Source: Blastocatellia bacterium
GTDB lineage: Bacteria; Acidobacteriota; Blastocatellia; RBC074
Assembly: GCA_046331565.1 (NCBI GenBank)
Contig: JAXLQP010000001.1
Coordinates: forward strand, 2,158,347-2,222,346
Reading direction: 5' to 3'
Length of the DNA stretch: 64,000 bases
Numbering within the stretch: the first letter of the stretch is position 1; every line of letters begins with the position of its first letter. Made by a program: the position numbers and the translations under genes. The notes beneath the pieces are model-generated. The model saw nothing but the letters and a program-made list of their open reading frames with translations, did not search any database and was not told the DNA's origin. Below are positions 8,984 to 18,166 of this stretch, piece by piece.

Positions 8984-9088
8984 GATGGAGTGCGGCGAGT
9001 TCTCGCCGCTTTGCGTTCGGGGGCCGGGTCTTCATGGCAGGCCGCACCGCTGAAAACGAAAGCGGTGACGAGTCACCGCACTCCACAT
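8984..9088. repeat. Palindromic element, family B, copy 1.
   Basis: Arms gatggagtgcggcgagttctcgccgcttt ... aaagcggtgacgagtcaccgcactccacatc. A second copy lies at 42166-42236. Confidence 0.6.
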
Positions 9089-9101
9089 CACGGAATCAGC
9101 T

Positions 9102-9791
9102 TCAGAAAATGATGCCGACTGACAAACGGATGTTATCCTGCCGCTGACCTTCGAGCGTCACGGGTTGAATGGCGCCGGCGCTGCCCAGCACATTGATTGA
9201 ACGGTCGCGCAGGAAGACCGGCGCCCAGTCCACCTGCACCAGGCGCAGGCTGAATTTGTCGCCCAGCCTGACATTCACCCCGCCACCAAGCCCCATGGCA
9301 AAATCGGTCGTGCTGGTATCAAAGGAACTGGTGACTGTGCCATTCGTCACATTACGCACTGATTCAACATTGAAGTGGGTATTCGCGCCGCCGAACAACG
9401 CATGCACAAACGGCTCAATTCGGCTGGAATTGCGCAGCTTGAGTACCGGCCCGCCCATAAAATAAGTGACCCGGTGTTCCACCGAATCGCGCCCGTTGGT
9501 CACGGCAGTTGAATCCTCGTTGCGATGGAACGAGACATCACCCTTCAATCCGACGCCTGAATTAAAGAACCAGGAAAGAGAACCATCAACGCCGTGCAAT
9601 CCCTTGCGGCGATCAAAGAAATTGCTGTTGAAAACATTGGATGGATCGTTGCGATCAGGCACGCCTTCGGCCTGCAGGTTCGAGTAACCGATAAAAACTT
9701 CGGCGCGTTTGTCGCTGCCACTGCTGCTTTGCGCGAGCGCGGCGGTAGTCATCAGCATCAGACACACGGTCATAAGTAAAAGTTTGTTCAT
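9102..9791 (-). CDS. Outer-membrane beta-barrel protein (OmpW/OmpA-like small porin).
   Basis: Signal peptide MNKLLLMTVCLMLMTTAALAQ, alternating amphipathic beta-strand pattern, C-terminal ...SVGIIF. Confidence 0.6.
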   Translation of the reverse strand: MNKLLLMTVCLMLMTTAALAQSSSGSDKRAEVFIGYSNLQAEGVPDRNDPSNVFNSNFFDRRKGLHGVDGSLSWFFNSGVGLKGDVSFHRNEDSTAVTNGRDSVEHRVTYFMGGPVLKLRNSSRIEPFVHALFGGANTHFNVESVRNVTNGTVTSSFDTSTTDFAMGLGGGVNVRLGDKFSLRLVQVDWAPVFLRDRSINVLGSAGAIQPVTLEGQRQDNIRLSVGIIF

Positions 9792-10078
9792 ACCTCAGTT
9801 CTTCTCCTTTTTGATTTACTGTCTGTCGTTGGAATGCCTGCGCTGTCCACAGAACATTCACAGAGGTGTTAGCAAACAGTATTCCCTGATTAGAAACTGA
9901 GTTCAGCAGGCAGGTTTCAGGCGAATATTTGTGGCCTGAAATGCGAGGGGTGGAAAGGCAGACTGAGGGAACAATGACCTGGCGAAAGAAAGCAGGCCCT
10001 GTCCCCTCGTCCCCTTTGTCTTTGTTGCGTGCTGTTGCGGGTGGCTTCGTGCAGGAGTCTGTTCCTGAACTTCATCAT

Positions 10079-11131
10079 TCAGCGAACGCCCTTCATCTTT
10101 TTGATGTAATCGCCATCCACGCCGTGAATCCGCAGTTTGACCAGATCATCGGCTGAAAGATTGCTGTATCCGGCCTCACGCATCTCGCGGACGAACTGCG
10201 GGCTGACGCCGTGAATGCGAAACTGCACCAGTTTGTCTGCTGACAGATTGCTGTAACCAAGCTCGCTCATCGCTTTGACGTATTCCGGTTTGACGCCGTG
10301 AATGCGAAAGGCGATCAGTTTATCTGCCGACAGGTCACTGTAACCGAGCGTCTTCATCTCTTTGATAAAGGCCGCGCTGACGCCGTGAATGCGAAAGGCG
10401 ATGAGTTTATCAAGCGGCAGCTTGTCATACCCGAACGATTTCATTTCGTTGATGAACTCTTCGCTGACGCCGTGAATGCGCAGCGCGACGAGTTTGTCAG
10501 CCGGAATGTCGCTGTAACCGAGCGCCCGCATTTTGTTCACAAACTCGGCATTGACGTTGAAGATGCGAAACGAGATCAGTTTGTCGAGCGAGAGCTTGTC
10601 ATAACCGAGCGATTTCATTTCGGCCATGAACTTCGTGCTGACATCGTGAACCGCCATCGTAAACAGCTTTTCAGTCGAAGGAGCCTCAAAGCCCATCTGC
10701 TGCAACTGCGCTGCAAATGATGCATTCGGCGCGAAGCGGAATTCACCGACGCCTTTGCCTTCGCTGAACAGCCCGTCAAAAGTGACCGAACCGGCTTCGC
10801 GGTTGAGCGAGAACTGCACCTTTGAATTTGCGTTCGGGTTGAGGCCGGTGAAATCAGCAAGCGGCACCTCAAAGCCCCACTGTGACCACCGCTTCCGGCC
10901 TTCGCGGTCTACGGTCAGCGAAAGGTAAAGCTGCGGCCCGCGATCAGTGTTTCTGACCTTCGCCGTCCAGTCACCGGCAATCGGTTCATTCGCATTCTGA
11001 GCGGCGCGGTACGGACGCGATAAACCAGCGGCCACGAGCAGCGCCACAACGACGATCATCATTTTTCGCATAACCTGTTCCCTTCTTGTCCGACAGGAAG
11101 ATTTCATCCACCAGGGCACACGAAGGTTCAC
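10079..11131 (-). CDS. Secreted protein with 6 tandem 29-aa repeats shared with the BlaR1-like transducer. Likely true start at signal peptide MRKMMIVVVALLVAAGL (about 11071).
   Basis: Repeats LSLDKLISFRIFNVNAEFVNKMRALGYSD / IPADKLVALRIHGVSEEFINEMKSFGYDK / ... / LSADDLVKLRIHGVDGDYIKKMKGVR. Period is 87 bp in the DNA. Confidence 0.6.
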   Translation of the reverse strand: MNLRVPWWMKSSCRTRREQVMRKMMIVVVALLVAAGLSRPYRAAQNANEPIAGDWTAKVRNTDRGPQLYLSLTVDREGRKRWSQWGFEVPLADFTGLNPNANSKVQFSLNREAGSVTFDGLFSEGKGVGEFRFAPNASFAAQLQQMGFEAPSTEKLFTMAVHDVSTKFMAEMKSLGYDKLSLDKLISFRIFNVNAEFVNKMRALGYSDIPADKLVALRIHGVSEEFINEMKSFGYDKLPLDKLIAFRIHGVSAAFIKEMKTLGYSDLSADKLIAFRIHGVKPEYVKAMSELGYSNLSADKLVQFRIHGVSPQFVREMREAGYSNLSADDLVKLRIHGVDGDYIKKMKGVR

Positions 11132-11143
11132 GAAGAAGAATCA

Positions 11144-11218
11144 GACAGGATTAACAGGATAAACAGGATATTTCTGGTTGAAACAGTTCTGTTTATCCTG
11201 TCTTTCCTGTAAATCCTG
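11144..11218. repeat. Hairpin whose arms are 3 tandem 9-bp units (AACAGGATA x3 / TATCCTGTn x3).
   Basis: acaggattaacaggataaacaggata ... tatcctgtctttcctgtaaatcctgt. Intergenic between the blaR1-like stop and the repeat-protein gene. Confidence 0.6.
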
Positions 11219-11280
11219 TCAAAAATCTTCGTGCTTCTTCGTGTGGCTTAGTGGATAAGAAATGTGACTGAATCAGCGGT

Positions 11281-13722
11281 TCATTTCTTCAGCAGGATTT
11301 CGTCAATCCCGCGCATTTTCAGTTCAATCAACTGATTCGCTGAAACGTTTTTGAATCCGGCGGCGCGCATCTTTCTGATGTAATCGCCGGTGACGCCGTG
11401 CATTCGCATTTTGATCAGTTCGTCCACGGTCAGTTTGTCAAAGCCTGCGTCGCGCAGTTCTTTGATCCAGTCTTCAGTGACACCGAACATACTGAGCCTT
11501 GTCAGTTGCTCAGCGGTCAGATTGCTGTACCCGTTGCGGCGCAGGGCTTCCATAAAGGCGGGCGTGACGCCGTGCATGCGCATCTTCGTCAGATCATCAG
11601 CCGACAGGTTGCTGAAACCCGCGCTGCGCATCTCTTTGATGTAATTTTCGGTGACGCCGTGCATACGCAGGCGGGTGATCTGTTCGGCGCTGAGATTGCT
11701 GTAGCCGTTCCTGCGCAGCGTTTCAATGTACTCAGGCGTGACGCCGGACATGCGCATCCGGGCGAGCGATTTCAGCGGCAGGTCGTAACCGGCCTTCTTC
11801 ATTTCGCGGATGTAATCAGGGCTGATGCCTGACATTTTCAGTTGCACCAGGTCGCTGACCGTCAGCTTTTCACCGGTCTGACTGCGCGCTTCTTTGATGA
11901 AATCTTCAGTGACGCCGTGCATTTTCAACTGTACGACTTCCCTGATTTGCAGGTTGTCGTAACCCATCCTGCGCAGCATTTCGATGTATTCGGGCGTGAC
12001 GCCGTACATCTTCAACTGCACAATGTTCTCAGCCGTCAGCGCAGTTGATTCGCCTTTGCCCTGCTGTCCTGATGACTGTGCCAGCCCGTCAGCGAGCGCC
12101 CGCTCCTGAACTTTCCGCATCTCTCTGTCCAGTTTCGTCGCAATCCTGACCTCAATCTTTTCTCTGACCTGTGCGAGTTCCTGCTGCAATTCCTGAGAGA
12201 TCATCTGCGAAGTTGATTCACGCGCAGCGCGCTGCGCCATTGCTGCGATTTCAGCCTGAAGCTTTCCGATTTCGCGCTGAATCCTTTTCACTTCGGCGGC
12301 GCTGATCTTTTCAGCCGCGCCCCTGGCCTGAAGTTCAGCCAGTTCTCTGATCTGATCATTCAGTTCCTGACGCTTCTCATCCAGATCAGCACGCAGTTCT
12401 TCGGCGCGACTCTGCTCATCTGCGATGGCATCAGCAGCTTCATCCTGCGCGGCTTCCAGGTCGCGGCTGTCTGCGGGTTCGGCGGACTGTGCAGGCTGTG
12501 GCGGCTGCGGCGGCTGTGGTTTGTTCCCGGGTTGCGGCGTATCAAGTGGCGCGGCGGATTTCTCTGCTTTCTGCTTCTCCTGCGCTGAAGCATTTGCCCA
12601 GGGCTGCAACGCCGCCAGCGGAATAATGAAGCTGACCACCGCGCAGGTGATCAGCGTCGTGATGCGTCGCGTCATGCGCTGGCGTCTGACAGCCGGATCA
12701 AGAATCGCCCGCACGCGGCTTTCAAGCTGTGAACAGGCCATCCCCACCGCGACCGGCGAAACAGAGCTGACATCACTCATCGCCCGCGCAATGTTCACCA
12801 GATAACCGGCGTAATCAGAAGCCCGTGTACCGACCTCCAGCACGTAATCATCACAGGCCAGTTCGCGTTCGACGCGCAGCCGTCGCGCGCCGATCCAGAC
12901 CAGCGGATTGAACCAGTACAACGCGCACGCCACCTGCGCCAGCAACTGCGTCAGACAATCGCGCCGCCTGATGTGCGCCAGTTCGTGCAGCAGCACAATC
13001 TGACGCCATTCAGCCGACCATTCATCAGCGTCATCAGGCAGCAGCACGACCGGACGCCAGATGCCCCACGTCATCGGCATCGTGACCTGATCGCTTTTGA
13101 GCAGGGGAATGTGCCTGTCCAGATCAAGCTGCATTGCCAGCCGCTTCACGATGGCCGACCAGGCGTAACCGGTCAGCACTTCGGCATCACGCGCAATGGC
13201 CCAGACCCTGATCAGGCTGACGGCCAGCCGCGCCAGCACGATGAATGCGCCCGTCAGCCAGACGAGCAGCACAAGCTGCGGCCACTGCACTGAAGGCGTT
13301 GCATTACTCACCTGTGACGGCGCGGCGCTGGCTGTCGGCGCTTCATCCTTCAGTTCCTGCGCGGAGTTTTCAACCAGTGGCGGATAAGTCAGCCGCTGAT
13401 CTGTCGGATCAGTCGCGCTCAGTTCGGCTACATCCACCGGCGCTGCAATATCTGATGATGCCTGCGCGGTCATCAGTTCAGGCAGCAGCGGCAACTGCCA
13501 GCCCGGCAGCGCCATTGACAGCACGGGCAGCGCGAGCAGACTGATGACGGCCAGCGTCCAGACCAGATGCCGCGTTGCCGCCGCCGCGCGCCGCAGCGTT
13601 ACCACCAGCAGCGCCGTTGCGACCAGAATCAGCGCGCCTTTAAGCGTCACATCCAGCAGCATCTGAAACCTGACAACCGGCAGCGACGACAGCGCAAAGA
13701 AAGCGGGCAGTGTGGTCATCAT
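11281..13722 (-). CDS. BlaR1-type M56 metallopeptidase signal transducer with a non-canonical sensor: coiled coil plus 8.5 tandem 29-aa repeats.
   Basis: TM helices, HEXXH motif HELAHIRRRD, further TM, P/Q-rich linker, E/K/A/Q coiled-coil-like 140 aa, then repeats LTAENIVQLKMYGVTPEYIEMLRRMGYDN ... No PBP/transpeptidase-like sensor. Confidence 0.75.
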   Translation of the reverse strand: MMTTLPAFFALSSLPVVRFQMLLDVTLKGALILVATALLVVTLRRAAAATRHLVWTLAVISLLALPVLSMALPGWQLPLLPELMTAQASSDIAAPVDVAELSATDPTDQRLTYPPLVENSAQELKDEAPTASAAPSQVSNATPSVQWPQLVLLVWLTGAFIVLARLAVSLIRVWAIARDAEVLTGYAWSAIVKRLAMQLDLDRHIPLLKSDQVTMPMTWGIWRPVVLLPDDADEWSAEWRQIVLLHELAHIRRRDCLTQLLAQVACALYWFNPLVWIGARRLRVERELACDDYVLEVGTRASDYAGYLVNIARAMSDVSSVSPVAVGMACSQLESRVRAILDPAVRRQRMTRRITTLITCAVVSFIIPLAALQPWANASAQEKQKAEKSAAPLDTPQPGNKPQPPQPPQPAQSAEPADSRDLEAAQDEAADAIADEQSRAEELRADLDEKRQELNDQIRELAELQARGAAEKISAAEVKRIQREIGKLQAEIAAMAQRAARESTSQMISQELQQELAQVREKIEVRIATKLDREMRKVQERALADGLAQSSGQQGKGESTALTAENIVQLKMYGVTPEYIEMLRRMGYDNLQIREVVQLKMHGVTEDFIKEARSQTGEKLTVSDLVQLKMSGISPDYIREMKKAGYDLPLKSLARMRMSGVTPEYIETLRRNGYSNLSAEQITRLRMHGVTENYIKEMRSAGFSNLSADDLTKMRMHGVTPAFMEALRRNGYSNLTAEQLTRLSMFGVTEDWIKELRDAGFDKLTVDELIKMRMHGVTGDYIRKMRAAGFKNVSANQLIELKMRGIDEILLKK

Positions 13723-14108
13723 CGTCCTTCCTTTCTGGCCTTTTCGATCAGTTGCGACAGGCGGTCGAGTTCCTCACGCGAAAGCTGGCGGCGGTTCAGA
13801 TCAAGCAGCGCCGCGACAGCCTGTTCGGTCGAACCGTCAAAGAATGTTTCAAGCAGCGACCGCATGGCCGATTTGCGGGCCTTTTCGCGCGCGAGCGTCG
13901 GCAGGTAAATGTACCGCTGTCCGTCCTGCTCGTGCCGCAGGTACCCTTTCTCTTCCATCAGTCGCAGCAGCGCCCGCACTGCCGAATAGCTCGGAGGATC
14001 GGGCAGGTTTTCCATGACTTCCTGCGCCGTCGCCTGCCCGCGCTGATGAATGATGTCCATAATCTGCCGCTCGCGGCGGCTCAGATGAAGATGGGCCTGT
14101 CTGGTCAT
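13719..14108 (-). CDS. BlaI/MecI/CopY-family transcriptional repressor.
   Basis: LSRRERQIMDIIHQRGQATAQEV...YSAVRALLRLMEEKGYL winged-helix; C-terminal dimerisation helix. Stop overlaps the blaR1-like start (ATGA). Confidence 0.8.
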   Translation of the reverse strand: MTRQAHLHLSRRERQIMDIIHQRGQATAQEVMENLPDPPSYSAVRALLRLMEEKGYLRHEQDGQRYIYLPTLAREKARKSAMRSLLETFFDGSTEQAVAALLDLNRRQLSREELDRLSQLIEKARKEGR

Positions 14109-14170
14109 AAGTTTCAGCCTGTTGCGCCCGCCTGCAGCCGGGCTGGTTTTGTCTGGTGCCGTTCCAAAGG

Positions 14171-14230
14171 TGCTAAAAAATTAGCAGCACCGGTGCAGGC
14201 TGTCAAGCCTTTAATGCTAAATTTTTAGCA
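14171..14230. promoter_or_regulatory. Two 16-bp dyads TGCTAA-N4-TTAGCA (14171-14186 and 14215-14230) in the divergent promoter region; putative BlaI-type operators.
   Basis: tgctaaaaaattagca and tgctaaatttttagca, centres 44 bp apart, 63-120 bp upstream of the repressor start codon. Confidence 0.4.
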
Positions 14231-14639
14231 GGCCGTCAGCCGCGCAGGCTGCACTGCTGAAAGGTACGATGCCGGGTGTCGGCAGGTTTGGAATTTATGA
14301 CGGCTTCAGCCCGAAACCGCCCTGGCCCCGGCCCTGCGCCCGTGCCTCAATAACGCCGCGTTCGCCCCTGAAGGATCGGCCTGACAACAGCGCAGGACAA
14401 TCCATCATTCAAATCCATCAGCTCGAAAGCGCGCTGATGCGCGCCGCGCCTCGTCAAAGCAATTTGTCCGGCGCGCCTTCCACACTTCGCCGCTTCAGGC
14501 ATATAATCCGGGCATCGAATTCAGACAGAAAAATCATTCCGGCAGATCGGATCGCCTGCGACACTGACTCGTCTTCCCGCACCATCAAAGACGGGCGAAC
14601 ATCTGCGCGAACAGCATCAGAGTTCAAGTGAGGACTGGG

Positions 14640-16322
14640 ATGAGACTCAGCAGATCGCTCCTTTGCGGGATTTTGTCGCTGCTGGCAGCGATGGCGAGTG
14701 TGGCTGTTGTGAGAGCGCAGGAAGAACATCAGCACGACCATCAGCACGACGCTTCAGAAAAACTCGGCCAGGTCAGCTTTCCTGTTTCCTGCAACGCCGC
14801 CACGCAAAAACAATTCAATCGCGCGCTCGCGCTGTTGCATTCGTTTCAGTATGTCGAAGCCGGGCAGGCCTTCGCTGAGATTGCCGCGCGCGAACCGTCA
14901 TGCGCGATGGCCGAATGGGGCGTGGCAATGAGCAATTATCATCCGCTCTGGACGCCGCCGACTGCGGCAGAGTTGCAGAAAGGTCGTGAGGCAATTGAAC
15001 GGGCAAAGGCGGCCCGCGCCCGAACGCAGCGCGAGCAGGATTACATTGCCGCGCTTGCGACGTTTTATCAGGACAGCGACAAACTCGGCCATTACGAACG
15101 CGCCCGCGCTTATGCCGCAGCGATGGAACGCCTGAGCCGTCGCTGGCCGCAGGATCGTGAAGCCGCCATCTTTTATGCGCTGTCGCTCAACGGCGCTGCG
15201 CCCGCGAGCGAAGGGAATCTGGCTAATCGCCGGAAGGCCGCGCAGATTCTGTATCGCATCTGGCCGCGCGAGCCTCGTCATCCCGGCATCGCGCATTATC
15301 TGATTCACAGCTACGACTATCCGCAACTGGCGCGTCTGGCGCTGCCAGCGGCGCGGCGTTACGCCAGGGTTGCGCCGTCATCGGCTCACGCGCTGCACAT
15401 GCCTTCGCACATCTTCACGCGACTCGGCTTGTGGGAAGATTCGATTCAGTCAAATCTCGCTTCGGCGGCCACCGCAAAGCAAAAGGCGAACAAAACTCAT
15501 CCGGGCGCAGCGTCGCAGGATCAGCTTCACGCCATGGATTATCTCGCCTATGCCTACCTGCAAACCGCGCAGGATGAAAAAGCGAAAAGCGTGCTGGCCG
15601 AAGCGCTGAATTACAGCACCATTGATCAGGAAGTCTTTCAGGCGGCGTATGCGTGGGCGGCGATCCCGGCCCGGCTGGCGCTCGAAAGACATCGCTGGTC
15701 TGAAGCCGCGTCGCTCACGCTGCATCCGGCCTCATTCCCCTGGCCGCGATTTGGTTTTGCCGAAGCAATCACCCATTTCGCGCGGGCGGTCGGCGCAGCA
15801 CGCAGCGGCGACGCGGCAACGGCCCGGCAGGAAGTTGACGAGCTGGCCCGCCTTCATCAGGCGCTCAGTGAAAATCGCAACGGTTATGACTGGGCCACGC
15901 AGGTTGAGATTCAGCGCCAGGCCGCAGCGGCCTGGCTGGCGCACGCCGAAGGCAGGAACGATGAAGCCCTGCCACTGCTGCGCGCGGCGGCGGCGCTCGA
16001 AGATACAACCGACAAGCACCCGGTCACACCCGGCGCAGTCCTGCCGGCGCGCGAACAGCTTGGCGATCTGCTCCTTGAACTGAAGCAACCGGCGCAGGCG
16101 CTGAAGGAATTCGAGACCGCGCTTCAGTTCGCGCCGGGGCGTTTCAATAGTCTTTACGGCGCAGCGCGAGCCGCTGAGTTATCGGGACAGATGAAGAAAG
16201 CACACGCGCATTACGCCAGTCTGGTCACAGTCTGCAAACACGCCGACCACGACCGGGCCGGGTTGCAGGCCGCGCGAACATTTCTGGCACACTCGCAGCG
16301 AATGACGGCAGGCGGGCGCTGA
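14640..16322 (+). CDS. Secreted all-helical (TPR-like) protein with a His-rich N-terminus. Hypothetical.
   Basis: Signal peptide MRLSRSLLCGILSLLAAMASVAVVRAQ, then EEHQHDHQHD. Helical repeat character. Divergent from blaI. Confidence 0.5.
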   Translation: MRLSRSLLCGILSLLAAMASVAVVRAQEEHQHDHQHDASEKLGQVSFPVSCNAATQKQFNRALALLHSFQYVEAGQAFAEIAAREPSCAMAEWGVAMSNYHPLWTPPTAAELQKGREAIERAKAARARTQREQDYIAALATFYQDSDKLGHYERARAYAAAMERLSRRWPQDREAAIFYALSLNGAAPASEGNLANRRKAAQILYRIWPREPRHPGIAHYLIHSYDYPQLARLALPAARRYARVAPSSAHALHMPSHIFTRLGLWEDSIQSNLASAATAKQKANKTHPGAASQDQLHAMDYLAYAYLQTAQDEKAKSVLAEALNYSTIDQEVFQAAYAWAAIPARLALERHRWSEAASLTLHPASFPWPRFGFAEAITHFARAVGAARSGDAATARQEVDELARLHQALSENRNGYDWATQVEIQRQAAAAWLAHAEGRNDEALPLLRAAAALEDTTDKHPVTPGAVLPAREQLGDLLLELKQPAQALKEFETALQFAPGRFNSLYGAARAAELSGQMKKAHAHYASLVTVCKHADHDRAGLQAARTFLAHSQRMTAGGR

Positions 16323-16405
16323 TCGCATTTTTCAGGTCACTGAGACGAACCAGTCAATTCCAGCTCCCCACCAACTTCAACTCATTTTTTACGGAGGTAC
16401 AAAAC

Positions 16406-17485
16406 ATGTCAGCAGAAGCAGCAACTCAGACATTTGACGAAGCCAGACTGAACAAGTTGATGCAGCAGGCGGTGGTGGATTTCGGCGCAGTCTTTCACGC
16501 GGCGATGGTCAACATCGGCGACAGGCTGGGCATCTACAAGGCAATGGCCGGAGCGGGGCCGCTCACTTCGGCGGAACTCGCAAAGCGCACCGGCCTGGCT
16601 GAACGTTACGTGCGCGAATGGCTGGCCTCGCAGGCGGCGGGCGGTTATGTGGATTACGACGCACAAACCGGGTGTTATCAGCTCAGCCCGGAACAGGCCT
16701 TTGCGCTCGCTGATGAAAACAGCCCGGCCTTTCTGCCCGGCGCGTTTCAGGTGGCCACCTCAGCCATCAGGGCCGAGGGCAAAATCACTGAAGCCTTTCG
16801 CACCGGCGATGGCGTCGGCTGGCACGAACACGATCCGGGTCTGTTTCACGGCACTGAGCGATTCTTCCGGCCCGGTTATGCCGCCAACCTGATCAGTGCG
16901 TGGATTCCCGCGCTTGACGGAGTTGAAGCGAAGCTGAAAAAGGGCGCGCGGGTGGCCGATGTCGGTTGCGGGCACGGCGCGTCAACAGTGCTGATGGCGA
17001 AGGCGTATCCGGCCTCAACGTTTGTCGGCTTCGATTATCACGAACCTTCGATCAGGTACGCCCGCGATGCGGCGGCGCAGGCAGGCGTGGCTGATCGCGT
17101 GCAGTTTGAAGTCGCCAAAGCAAAGGATTATCCGGGCCGGGATTACGACTTCGTGACCTTCTTTGACTGCCTGCATGACATGGGCGATCCGGTCGGCGCG
17201 GCGGCGCACGTGCTTGAAACACTCAAACCCGACGGGACGTGGATGATCGTGGAGCCATTCGCCAACGATCAGGTTGAGCAGAACCTCAATCCGGTGGGCC
17301 GGGCCTTTTACAGCGCGTCAACGCTGATCTGCACACCGGCCTCGCTGTCGCAGGAAGTCGGCCTGGCGCTCGGCGCGCAGGCCGGTGAAGCGCGTTTGCG
17401 CGAGGTCGTCACCAGAGGCGGCTTCACGCGCTTCCGGCGCGCCACCGAAACGCCCTTCAATCTGGTGCTGGAAGCCAGACCATAA
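16406..17485 (+). CDS. Class I SAM-dependent methyltransferase (O-methyltransferase-like with N-terminal winged-helix dimerisation domain).
   Basis: Motif I VADVGCGHGAS, acidic D at end of beta-2 (GFDYHE), DVVFFDCLHD-like motif. Confidence 0.7.
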   Translation: MSAEAATQTFDEARLNKLMQQAVVDFGAVFHAAMVNIGDRLGIYKAMAGAGPLTSAELAKRTGLAERYVREWLASQAAGGYVDYDAQTGCYQLSPEQAFALADENSPAFLPGAFQVATSAIRAEGKITEAFRTGDGVGWHEHDPGLFHGTERFFRPGYAANLISAWIPALDGVEAKLKKGARVADVGCGHGASTVLMAKAYPASTFVGFDYHEPSIRYARDAAAQAGVADRVQFEVAKAKDYPGRDYDFVTFFDCLHDMGDPVGAAAHVLETLKPDGTWMIVEPFANDQVEQNLNPVGRAFYSASTLICTPASLSQEVGLALGAQAGEARLREVVTRGGFTRFRRATETPFNLVLEARP

Positions 17486-17502
17486 ATCACCACACACTGA
17501 CG

Positions 17503-17556
17503 CGCTCTCTGCGTCTCTGCGTGAGATTCTGGTTTCACGCAGAGGCGCAGAATCGC
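17503..17556. repeat. Hairpin element, family E, copy 1.
   Basis: ctgcgtctctgcgtgaga ... tttcacgcagaggcgcag. A related copy lies at 29249-29320. Confidence 0.5.
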
Positions 17557-17666
17557 AGTGAGCGCATCAGTGTTGTGCATTTCAATTCAGTTTGCGTAAC
17601 ATCAGCCGGAAATCAGTCCCGGTTCACTTTTTCACCTTTACTTTTCAGAGAGGAGGATCGAAGACC

Positions 17667-17990
17667 ATGGCTTACACTTACGAGGAACTGAGACACAAAA
17701 CCGTCGCACAGTTGCGCGAGATTGCAGCGGGCCTTGACCACGAAGCGGTCAAAGGCTACACGCAACTCAACAAGGAACATCTGCTGGCGGCAGTCTGCCA
17801 GGCGCTCAACATTGAGATGCACGCGCATCATCACGTCGAAGGCGTCAACAAATCCATGCTCAAGACACAGATCCATGATCTGAAAAAGAAGCGTGATGAA
17901 GCGCTCGCCGCCCACGATCACAAAATGCTCAAAGAGGTGCGGCGCGAAATTCATCACATCAAGACCCGCCTGCACCGCGCCACCATCTGA
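17667..17990 (+). CDS. Small protein with a Rho-N (Rho termination factor N-terminal-like) domain.
   Basis: ELRHKTVAQLREIAAGLDHEAVKGYTQLNKEHLLAAV. RBS AGAGGAGG upstream of ATG at 17667. Confidence 0.45.
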   Translation: MAYTYEELRHKTVAQLREIAAGLDHEAVKGYTQLNKEHLLAAVCQALNIEMHAHHHVEGVNKSMLKTQIHDLKKKRDEALAAHDHKMLKEVRREIHHIKTRLHRATI

Positions 17991-18060
17991 TCATCACTGA
18001 CTGCCGGGCTTCGCAGGCCGCCCCTTTCACGCAATGGCATCAAGTCAGGAAGTTTTGAAG

Positions 18061-18166
18061 AAAACCCGGATCACCCGCGTAGTAACGAATTCATTCGTTC
18101 TGCTGCTGAATCAGCGCGATGGCGGAAACAGAACGAATGAATTCGTTACTACGGGATGATCCGGGT
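18061..18166. repeat. Large imperfect palindrome (about 41-bp arms), family F.
   Basis: aaacccggatcacccgcgtagtaacgaattcattcgttctg ... cagaacgaatgaattcgttactacgggatgatccgggttt. The arm is related to the element at 42255-42335. Confidence 0.6.

Noticed and set aside
11030-11050. Apparent 1-nt inconsistency between my hand translation of the minus strand near the MRKMMIVVVALL signal peptide and the ORF-track coordinates and protein.
   Set aside because: Most likely my own counting or reading slip. Plus- and minus-strand coordinates checked elsewhere (568, 10298-10720, 11281) agree with the track. I did not treat it as a real frameshift.
10079-13722. 87-bp periodic DNA repeats that could be mistaken for a CRISPR or VNTR array.
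   Set aside because: The periodicity is coding (29-aa protein repeats) with divergent units and no spacer/repeat alternation.
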